Shown here: piece after piece, positions 13,301-25,300 of the stretch | Layout of the letters: each line of letters opens with the position of its first letter | Numbering within the stretch: position 1 is the first letter of the stretch | From: Lytechinus pictus | Lineage: Eukaryota | DNA length: 64,000 bases | Reading direction: 5' to 3' | Assembly: GCF_037042905.1 (NCBI RefSeq) | Contig: NC_087251.1 | Location: 11,286,001-11,350,000 of the forward strand | Translations under genes and position numbers: made by a program | Notes under the pieces: generated by a model | Database searches by the model: none | What the model was told of the DNA's origin: nothing | What the model saw: the letters and a program-made list of their open reading frames with translations, nothing else

Positions 13301-16300
13301 AAAAAGTCTTTCAAATCAAAGTAAACTGTAATGATATATCTACTAAGATGATGTTTGAAAACTGTGCATCCTGAAAATTTTTAATCATAAATATATCATG
13401 GAAATAAGACCTGTTTAATCTCAGAGTGGCATGCTTATTTCTTTGAGCAATTACCCATTTTCTTCCCGAATCATTTAGCATGTCACAAATACATGCAAAT
13501 ACTAGGGAGTTCATTTATTGGGTATAATGTATTTTAATCCTGTATATCTCGATCATCATTTCATTCATTTTCCATATAAATTGTCTTAGGTTTATTTGAT
13601 CAGGTGCCATCATTTCAAGAGGTTGGCTTCTCTAAAGCAGTTGATTCCATCAGAGGTGCAGGTCAGTGAACAACTTGCACGTAATCGTTGATTCAGTGCA
13701 AATATGTTATGGCGTATCTAGTGGGCAAGAGGGCACTTACCAAAAGTATTTTTGTTCCTCTGTCCAATGTAGATGCTAACCAGAGGTATTGTTTTCAGGT
13801 TGTTCGTCTGATGATAAATTTTATGACAGGTCGGCCTAAGTATAAGGTTTCTTTCTTTTTGGCTGCTACACCTCAGTACCAGTGTGGAATCATAATTCAA
13901 GTTTAGAGTTATACACCAATTTTTTATATTTTAACTCTGTATCTTGTTTGTTTTATGTATGATTTTACTGAGAAAATAAAACAATTTAAATTTGAATAAT
14001 AAGAATGATATTGATGATAAAGATTATGATCTTTACAAGGATGATGCATTTGATTAAACTTGAGTATTTATGACTATTTATTAATATTTTCATCCCTAGG
14101 ATGTTCTGATGGCCAGGCTATTTTCTTCTCCAATAACCATGGTGTTGTCACAATCAATATATCTCATTCAGAATTGCCCAGGTAAGTTGGTATGATAATA
14201 AGAATTGTTAGTGCTACATGCATTTATATGTATCTTTTCATGAAAAATATACAAGATGCATAATCACAAAGTACAAAACAAATATGTAATGAAATGGAGC
14301 ATAAATATGTAACTTGTACCAGAGTCTGAAACAATACATTTAGGAATATCAAAGCAAACTAGACAGTTTGCTTTCCCAGAATTCTGGGAAAGTTTTCAAG
14401 TGAGGAGTGCATATTTTATTAAGGGGGAGGGGGGCTGTGGTGAAGGGCCTATTCCATCTTTCTACATTCTGACATCTTTATGCTTTTTCAAAAAAAAAAA
14501 TCAATGTGAAAATTTAATAATCTGTAAATTGTTAATTTGGAGTGTTTATCCAATCAAAATATGGAGGGCCTTTAAATCTTGAGAATTTTTCTGTGAATTT
14601 AATCTTGTTTTGCACTATTATTTTGTGTCCTTGTAGCTTTGATATGGATGACAGCAGGGCTGGACAAACATCAAGATTAGAGGTAATTAATCATAGTGAA
14701 AATTTCACATTTTACACCAATAAACAAACGTATACCCAAGAGGTGACTTTAACTGTAGTGTTGGTTTTACTATTAGTGTTCAGAGAGTAAATTAGGCTGC
14801 ATAACCTACCTCTTAAGCAAAATGTATAATTACAAAAATTATAACAATAACAGATACATATATAACAACCATTGGTGAGATAAGTCCCAGCATGAGCTTC
14901 AAGTTTGGTAGAATTGGCCATAACACCAGCACCAGCTGTCAACACTGAACTTGAAATTACCCAGTGTTGCATAGTTAATGAAAATGGTGTAAAGCCAAAA
15001 TATTGGCCCAATTCACAAGGCCATTGTGAATCTGTGGTCTAAAAGAAATGCATTGTGCAGATTTAATGGATTAATTATGCTTAATTTTGCCTGTATGTCA
15101 AGAAAGATTCCAAGTGGAAAAGCAAGAAAAGCATTATTGATAGCTCAACATCTGGTAAGGACAGTTCCACCATTATGTTTAGTGCAGCTGGCCAAACACC
15201 AACACCAGCTTTCAACACTGAATACAGTGTACTTAAAGCTTCTACCAACACTCAATTGTTTTCTGTAAGCTTTTTGTCCATTCTCATGAACCTTCTCAAG
15301 CCAAATTACTCACTTTATTTCCTACTACCTGTTGTTAGAGCTCCAAGAATTTCACATGAACTGGATGCAACACGTCACCCTTTATATAATTTCTCTGATA
15401 TCATTTGAAAGATACATGATTGTGCTAATTTGACTACAGATAATTCATTGCATTGCCAAACATCTTTAATTTGATCCCAACATGTCTTATATTTACAGCG
15501 TAGAATACGTATTACAGGATTTGAGCATCAAATCAAACGGGTAACACTTGTGTTTCCCATTTGCAATTTGCATCAAATTTCATGAAATACCATTTTAAGT
15601 TTTCTCTTTTGTTTTCACTATTTCTCCTTTGCATTTGAAGTTTTTTATCATTGTTTCCATTGACATTTCCATAATTTTAAAATCCTTAAAAATAATGCTT
15701 TTTTTTTTGTGGGTCAGGAGGTCATCCAACTGTTTAATGTTACATAATTGTTCAATCTAATTATATTTACTTTCTACATTTTCCTTAATCATCAAGGTAC
15801 CTTTAAAACAAAAAATGATACTTTGCCATTCAACACTTAGATATGATGCAGATACCAATATGGTTAACTTAACAATATTGATTTACTTCTAAACTGAATA
15901 AGTAAAGACCAGTGATGATGATGAATTAAAAAAAAAATGTTGAAATAAAATTTTTAAGATGGTTTGATCAAGTACTGTAAGCGATTTCACTGCTCATGGC
16001 TGGAGTACTCCCCAGGGAGTGTATATTGTGCAAACAGTGTGCATGAAAGCTGGAGTAAGATGACCAGAGTAATATCTCTATGTATTTAGAGGCGTATAAA
16101 AAATGTAAGCATTATATAAATGTGGAATTATCATTTGTAATAGAAATACCTCTCTTTCCCTCATTCTCTTTTTTGCTTTGATCAAAGTTTGTATCATCCA
16201 TCATTCCCATCAATGCCATATTCATAACTTTGTAAAAGAAAACAAGGAAAGCTTTTAGTAACAGTACTACATGTAAGTACTGTAAGCCTAGATTTGAATT

Positions 16301-19300
16301 TGATGACAAACCCTGAAACATTGCAAAATCATTTTGTTTCCTGTCAAGTGTATCTGCAACAAGTACATCAGTGTCACATAAATCTCATGTTCTATTAACC
16401 AGGTCATCCATATACAAAGACTGGGAATTTGAAAAAAATTAGTAATCGCCAGGTTATGCTGCCTCTTTCTTTTAATCGATTGTAAGGAAATAATGAAAAT
16501 ATATTGGATCAAACACATAATACAAATGGTGGTTTATAGCAGAAATGGCCAATCAAGTTGGTTGCTACATGCGCATGTTGTTCAAAACACAGATTAGAGC
16601 CCGGCACCACTAAGATTGATTACATTGATCACTAAACAAATCAACTAAAGCAGCGATCAGCAAGCTTAGGGTGTCAGGCCCCTGACACCTATCACAATCA
16701 TCCTTCCATACACTCGCGGGTCCAGGTAGGGGCACATCTGTCCTGTTCCCCCCCCCCCCCCACCCCTTTTTTTGAGAGGAACAAAACCACTTTCATTTTT
16801 TTTTTTTTTTTGCTTGTCATATTTTTCCAGGAATAAAATTACCTCAATTTGGTAGTGAAGACCTTTTTTTTTTTGCTTGCCAAAATTATCCTCTAGAAAA
16901 TAACCACCCCCCCTGGAAAACCCTGGATCTGCCCCTGCTTTCATATTTCCAATCCATTGCAAGCCTCTGTGTTTTAGGCCCTGGGATGTTTCATGAACGC
17001 CTGGTTAACCTTTCTTACGTGCTAAACCATCGCCAATGAACATTTTGGTTAATACCATTTACCACAAGAAAGGATCACCAGTCTTTAAAAGTCGCTTTTA
17101 CGAACAGCTTTGTGAAACGGCCCCCAGGAATCAGTATCAAATTGTTAACATACTAGTTGTTTGAGATTTATCAATTTTGGTTTGACTTTAGAGAGAATGA
17201 AGATTTTCTTTTAATATGCACAACATTGATCAGCTCAAACACAGAATAAGTGGTCTAGATTTAAAAAATACAATGAGAGGTAATTAGTATTTTGCATTTT
17301 CTATTAAAAGAGAGAATTAGTTTGAGGTGAGATCATTTGAAACATCTCAGAAATATTCATTTATGACATATGGATAGAGCAGTGACCGGGTACTATCTTG
17401 TAGATATTGTTAAAGCAGTTATCCTTTTGTTAAATCCTATAGCTATGATGTTTAGCTATGGTTGCCATTCTGCAAGTAGGAAACATGCTTTTAGCAGTCA
17501 GATATTAAAAGGGATATTAAAACAGATCGTTGGCATTCGCCTTTAGCTTGGCCTGAATCATGTACAGTCAATGGGAGAAACTACTCTTCTACAGCCTTGT
17601 GATTCAATACTACAAGCCTCACAGACCCCTCCCCAAAAAGCTGAAATGTTCAAGCAAAGCAGTCCCATACATGCATTTCTATTCAATTCAATTCAATTCA
17701 GTTTATTATGAAAGACATTGTAAAACAGTCCGAAGACTGACACATACAAAGTTAACAGAAAAAAAGGAAAAATACTATGTGCAGAAAATGTGAATATCAT
17801 TAGAATTGAAAATATTTTTTTCCTCATCTTAGTGATTCCAAAACCTTGCAGCATAAAGATGCATTGTTTATAATCAACATTTTGATATCATTTTGAGACT
17901 GTTCCTTGACATTTGCTCTAGTGACAAGTGCTCTGCTGTAAATTCCACACATTAATGGAATGACCAATTCAATCCTGGAATTAACATTATGCCCTATCCT
18001 AAACCTAACATAAAACCCTATTGCCACCCTAACCCTATATCTTAGACGAAATAAAGCCCTGGACAAATGTTGTGTCACCTTTGAGACAGTTACTTACACA
18101 ATGACATCCCATGACCTTGTAGTCCAGTAGATATGTGAAAAAGATGCTCGAATCTGGCAGAAAGTGTGAAATTTGGCACAGAGGGGTATTTTTGGGCGCT
18201 GATTTCAAAAATTGCCGGCCCCAAGCGATTTGACCATCGGGTCGGCCGCCATTTTGAAATCCAAGATGGCCGCCATGAAAAATCATTAAATGTCATTTTC
18301 TTGAGTTTTACATGGCATGTGACACTGAAATTTGGCATATAGGGGTATTTTGAGGCACTTATTTCAAATATTGCCGGCCCCCAGCAATTTGACCATTTGG
18401 CCGGCGGCTAAATGGCCGCCATCTTGAAATCCAAGATGGCCGCCATGATATACTATTGCAATCATTTTCTCGAGTTTTATATGAACTGCGGTATTGAAAT
18501 TTGGCATATAGGCTTAATTTGGGGTGCTGATTTCAAAAATTGCCGGCCCCAAGTGATTTGACCATCGGGTCGGCCGCCATTTTGAAATCCAAGATGGCCG
18601 CCATGAGAAATCTTTAATGTCATTTTCACGAGTTTTACATGACGTGTTACACTGAAATTTGGCATATAGGGGTATTTTTAGGCACTGATTTCAAATATTG
18701 CCGGCCCCCAGCAATTTGACAATTTGGTCGGTGGCAAAATGACCGCCATTTTGAAATCCAAGATGGCCGCCATGAAAAATCGTTAAATGTCATTTTCTTG
18801 AGTTTTACGTGAGAGGCGACACTGAAATTTGGCATATAGGGGTATTTTGAGGCACTGATGTCAAATATTGCCGGCCCCCAGCAATTTGACCTCCAGGTCA
18901 GCAGCAAAACGGCCGCCATCTTAAAATCCAAGATGGCCGCCATGAAAGATAATTTGCTCAAGTCTTACGTATGGCCTGTAACACTTTAAATTTGGAAAAA
19001 AAACTTGATCTTTGCATCCTTGATCAATGAAAAGAACATAGTAAATAGATGCTATTTTGAATTCCAATATGGTTACCAAGTTTGAATGATGTTCAACATT
19101 ATAATGGTGAGTAAAACCCATTGCATTGGCACTGAAAACAAATCCAACGCAACCACATCTTTGTCCGTTGCAAGGAATTTGGCATCCTTAATTGCTGATA
19201 TAGATGTTACGTAAGTATGAAGCACCATAAATACACAAACCAGCTAGCTTCTTCTGCAGTTACACATTTGAAGTGGCTTTGGTTGAATAATAACCATCCA

Positions 19301-22300
19301 GAACAATCATTTTCTGTTGAGATTATTTTTTTGAGTTTTATATGATCTGCATTATTGCACTTTGACAAATCGACGGAGTGTGGGGTGCTTATTTCAAATA
19401 TTGCTGGCCCTCAGCGATCTGATCCCGAGTCAGAGGCAAAATGTCAGCCATCTTGAAATCCAAGATGGCTGCCATGAAAAAAGATCATTGAAAAAAAATC
19501 ACTTTATCTAGTATCACGTAACGTATTATTTTAAAGTTTGGCATCTAGGGATATTGAAATTGCCCCCAGTAATCTGTCCAACAGATATGCTGCAAAATGG
19601 CCACCATCTTGAAATCTAGAGAGGGTAGACTGTCATGAAAATTCATTAAAATCATTTTCTTGGTTTTAAACAATTTGAGGCACTGCATTTTAGAAATACA
19701 GGCAGGATTTTGACCCGCTGGTTTTAGAATATTGCTCCAATAATTGCAATATTTTATTACAAATCAACATGAAGAAAACTGCTCCAGACTTGAAGTACTG
19801 ATGGTTATATAGTAGCATGATGATGATGATGATGATGAAATGAAATTAATATTAATGATGGATGATAATAATACATATTTTATTGTTCAAAATAGAATTC
19901 AGTAACAGAAATGCTCCGAAATTTTATTTTGCCCATACCCTGTAGATCGTGAGCCCGGCAGCAACTTAGCAGCGCGACATCGGACGTTGCTCTATCCTTT
20001 AAAAAGGGAGTTCACCCCAGAGAAAAGTTTGTTGTAAAAACAAAAGAAAATATGATATAAAAAAGATATTGGTGGATCCATCAAAGATATTAGAATTTTA
20101 AGTTTTTGATTTGTGACGTCATATAGGCTACTGTACGAGCAGCTTTCCCATTATGTTGTGTGATATAAAATTCATAAATGGTTCATCATGGGTATTTTTT
20201 TTTCTTTCTTTAGCGGGTGTGAAATCATTAGTTTGTTGATATACTGAGGGTCCAATAAAAAAACATGTTCATTTTTTGAGGAGGCTACATTTCATTGATT
20301 TTTGTACTATAAGAAACATGGGGGAACTGCTTGCATCTGACGTCACAAATGCACCAAATGAAATTCCAATAGCTTTTTAAATATTTGATGGAATTTCCTC
20401 AAACCTTCAATATTTTTTTTCATTACTTATTATGTTATTGTTTCAATAAACTTTTTGTCAGGTCGAACTTCCCCTTTAATTCGTTGACCGCCAAACAGGT
20501 TAGAAGCAGCTCCCCTTTTCTAACATCTTTTGGTCTGATGCTGTCGGAGCTTGAACTCCCGATCTCCCGATTGTGAGGCGAACATGCTCCCATTGTCAGA
20601 TTGTCGAACACACGATGGTTATTCAAAAATGCAAAATTTTAAAATAATACCTACATTATAATTATGATACTTGATTTTTTTCAATGATTTTTTTATGGCA
20701 GCCATCTTTGATTTCAAGATGGCTGCCATAAATTGGATGAACATTACTGGATTCGAAAGAAGTCTATGGAGATCACAGGGAAATCTCAGTTGTGGGCGAT
20801 GCCGTCGAACTTAACACACGTGTAGAAAGCAACTCGGACGCCAAAAGAAAGCTTATTTTCTTCTCTTTTGACTGATAATACATATGTTTACTCACCATTA
20901 TAATGTTGAACATCATTCAAATTTGGTAACCATATTGGAATTCAAAATAGCATCTATTTACTATGTTCTTTTCATTGATCAAGGATGCAAAGATCAAGTT
21001 TTTTTCCAAATTTAAAGTGTTACAGGCCATACGTAAGACTTGAGCAAATTATCTTTCAAGGCGACCATCTTGGATTTTAAGACGGCGGCTGTTTTGCTGC
21101 TGACCTGGAGGTCAAATTGCTGGGGGACGGCAATATTTGACATCAGTGCCTCAAAATACCCCTATATGCCAAATTTCAGTGTCGCCTATCATGTAAAACT
21201 CAAGAAAATGACATTTAATGATTTTTCATGGCGGCCATCTTGGATTTCAAAATGGCGGCCATTTTGCCGCCGACCAAATTGTCAAATTGCTGGGTGCCGG
21301 CAATATTTGAAATCAGTGCCTAAAAATACCCCTATATGCCAAATTTCAGTGTCACACGTCATGTAAAACTCATGAAAATGACATTAAAGATTTCTCATGG
21401 CGGCCATCTTGGATTTCAAAATGGCGGCCGACCCGATGGTCAAATCACTTGGGGCTGGCAATATATGAAATCAGCACCCCACATTAAGCCTATATGCCAA
21501 ATTTCAATACCGCAGTTCATATAAAACTCGAGAAAATGATTGCAATAATATATCATGGCGGCCATCTTGGATTTTAAGATGGCGGCCATTTTGCCGCCGG
21601 CCAAATGGTCAAATTGCTGGGGGCCGGCAATATTTGAAATTAGTGCCTCAAAATACCCCTATATGCCAAATTTCAGTGTCACATGCCATGTAAAACTCAA
21701 GAAAATGACATTTAATGATTTTTCATGGCGGCCATCTTGGATTTCAAAATGGCGGCCGACCCGATGGTCAAATCGCTTGGGGCCGGCAATTTTTGAAATC
21801 AGCGCCCAAAAATACCTCTGTATGCCAATTTTTACACTTTCTGCCAGATCCGAGCATCTTGGCCATTTTTTGTCACATAACCGCTCCACTATTGCCCAAA
21901 ATAAACCATAGCAATGATGGTTGGACTGATCTTAACAATTGATTTCATTGTACAATAAGTCAGTCATACAGTTGATGACTAAACTTTGCATTACTTTAAC
22001 AATTAGCTCCCTGAATACTCTGCAGAATATACACATGCACTCTACAAATTGCTTTACAATTATCCTAAATATTGATATTACAACACCCACAACTAAACTG
22101 AATCTTTCTATTGGTTATCATATTTCCTCTTTAAAGCTATCAATGCAACAGCAGTCGATGCAGCAGACATCCTTCTCCACACCTTTCACGAGAACTCGAC
22201 CTCTTCAGGTCATGTCAGCATCGAGGTCACGACCAGACACGCCAATCCTGGAGACAACGAGAGACCAGGAGGAGGACAAGACAAATGGACTCAAGATGGC

Positions 22301-25300
22301 ATTCCTCTACTCATGCCAACATGACATGGTAAGAGGTTTAAAGGTCAAGTCCACCCCCAGGAAAATGCTGACTTGAATAAATAGAGAAAAATCAAACTAG
22401 CTTAGTGCTGAATATTTCATCAAAATCGGATGTAAAATAAGAAAATTATGACATTTTAAAGATTCGCTTATTTTCACAAAACAGTGATATGCACAACTAT
22501 AGGTGAGTCAGTCAATGATGTCCATCACTCACTATTTCTTTTGTTTTTTATTGTTTGAATTATACAATATTTCATTTTTTATTGATTTGACAATAAGGAC
22601 CAACTTGACTGAAACATATAGTATTAAAACAATGCTAATGCCACATGTTCAGGGAAGAATTAATCGTTGTATCACTTGACAATGAGGAGAAAATTAGAAT
22701 ATTTCATATAATAAAATACAAAAGCAATAGTGAGTGGGTGACGTCATAGTCTCATTTGCATACCAGCCAGGATGTGCATATAACTGTTTTGTGAAATTAA
22801 GCGAAACTTTAAAATGTCATAACTTTCTTATTTTACATCCGATTTTGATGAAATTTTCAGCACTAAGCTAGTTTGATTTTTCTCTATTTATTCAAGTCAG
22901 CATTTTCCTGGGGTGGACTTGACCTTTAAACCTCATACCATGTCATGTGTTATGCTTGTTGGATTTTTTTCTTTTTTCATCAAATCAACTTTTTGTTGGA
23001 GTGGACTTGTCCTTTAATGTCTTGAAAAGTCATTAACAGTCAATGGACATCAAAAGGCAGTTCTAACAATGCATTTAAGTCATTACAAGATTATCCAATT
23101 AATGTTATAACATATTACCTTGTATATTCAATCCCTTAATATCTATCACGTATCCTTAATCCCTCATTTTTTTCTTTTTTAATCTCTCTCCAATTTTTTT
23201 GGATGATGATTTATGATGAATTTTTTACTTTAAAAATATAGATGAATAGAATGATCTAATTTGAGGTTAAGAATAAGTAGTAAAATAATATCATAAAAGT
23301 GTTGATTAATTTTAGCCATTTTGTTTAGATAATTGGCCAATTTGGCTTAAAAATTCTAACAGCGATGTAAAATTATGATTTTTTTTTCTACGAACAAGGT
23401 GAAATAGTCATGTGTCCAATTAAGCCGTCATATGATGATTCAGAAATGTGGACAGTAGTATATTCCTTGATTTAATATTCACATCAAATGTTAAAGCGTT
23501 TTATTCCAAAATTAGATCATATACTTATCAAAAGATGTGAAATACATTTAGACACCAGCTAAGTGTTGAATTGCAACATGTCTACTGCCACCATAGTGTA
23601 AATGTATTTTCTTCTTTTGCAGAATAAAGCAGAGAACATGGTCCAGGACCTGTTTCTCCAAGATACGTTTGAGAGGGGGAAGACCAACTCCTCTTTAGAC
23701 CTTGCAGTGGCCAAGCTGAGTCAGGAACTCATTGATGACTTCCCAGCTTCAGATCCTAGATGGGCAGAGTCTCTTCCTCAAGGTAAATCTGAAATCCTTT
23801 TGTACTGTAGGTTACAGAGTGGTGCAAGGAATAGGAGTAATCAACATTATTTTTGGTTAAAGATAGGAGAGGGTAAGGTTTGGTCTTGGGATTGACTTGT
23901 AACAACAAACTATGTCAGTGATTGGGATATGCTGAGTATTAGGACTATCATACATTGTGTCCCAGAAAAAACAAAACCGTAATTCAGTGAAAGGTTTTGC
24001 TGTCATAATCATAAATTTGCTTCATGTAATGTATATCAATGGAAATATATGCATCTCTTTTTTAATTTAAAGCCCATCTCATTCATAATGCACCTGTGAC
24101 TGAGTTAAAACAATAGAAAGTGTTGCTACCAACATTTCATTTGCACGAGCTAATTATGATTTGACTGAGTTTTTCTGGCTTTTACTACTATCTCTTTGCA
24201 AACTAAAGTTCATAACCTGAACATCCATATTTTCCTTATGCTGATGAGGTACAAAAAATCCCAGCTTTATGAAAAACATTCCTGTTTGCAGAATCTGTAG
24301 CATCCAGCGGTTCCCTGATCCTCCTCTATCAGCTGGAAGATAAGATGAAGGCCCATGATCATCTCATCAAATTCATCAAGGATGTCGGCATCTGGGATAT
24401 GGTATGTAACAAATAAATGATCTGGGCAATTTTTTTAATTGTACTTCCGACCCCCATTTTCCTCCATTCTTGCGTCACATGACAAACTGCTCAAGCCATG
24501 GTAGTCTAATAGAATGACAACTTTTTATGTGAAGTAAAAATAGACAATAATTAATTTCAAAAGGTCCATGACACAGGGGGTTGGATGTACATACCATATG
24601 AGATTACCCATCTTTGAAGGTTTGCATGGTGAGGAGCTTTACAATTCACCGTGACAGTCCTGTAAGGGGTATTTCAAAAAGATTGAAATATGACTTAGAG
24701 TCACACTTAAATGCCTAGTTGCTTGCATTATAAAAGGCACGACTGCATTGTTTAGATCAATGTAAGAAGACGTACACTACTGCGTATTAGTCAATAAGAT
24801 TGCACGTAACAATTCATGTACACGTCAGCATTTCAGTGCGACTCTAAGTCATACTTAAATCTTTGTGAAACACCCCCCTGGTTATATGAAATGAAAGATG
24901 TAGAGTGGAAAATTGAGAGGCAAGAGAATTAAAAATTTTGTGTATAATATTCAGTATTTCATCAATGAATTTTTTGGAATATGGTGTTTGTTGAGCACTG
25001 AAGTGACAAAGAATCATATCATATAAATATTAGAAGCAAGTTTAACAACATTTTCTTGCAATTTTTTCCTTAGCTTCATTCAGTGATAGTGAGGGACCTC
25101 CCACAGACCACACACAATCTTCTCAATGAGCATGCTGAGAAGCTCTCTGCTGCTAGGGCACTGTGTAACAAACATATCAAGTAAGTTTAAAAACAATCTA
25201 GCTTCTATGCACGAAGGTGGATGTTAAGTTCAGCTATGATTTGCTTCAGTTCAATCATAGTTTCAGTCTGTAGTTCCATATTGGGTAGAGTAATATCTAA

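Larger units (their letters stand above)
18120..21891. mobile_element. Non-autonomous Academ-like DNA transposon with ~1-kb terminal inverted arms
   Basis: Termini TAGT...ACTA; 3-bp TSD TTG (18117-18119 / 21892-21894); arms 18120-19115 and 20887-21891 are reverse complements built of subrepeats. Confidence 0.8.

Noticed and set aside
15175..15270. Possible extra Nup133 exon ending at gtaagc
   Set aside because: The acceptors I tested did not give a phase 0-0 exon, and the sequence resembles 14911-14950, suggesting a repeat
18035..21942. Repeated ORFs ([11 protein letters not shown] / [11 protein letters not shown]) and a CRISPR-like appearance
   Set aside because: These are subrepeats of transposon arms; the spacers are themselves repeated, no cas genes are present and the context is eukaryotic
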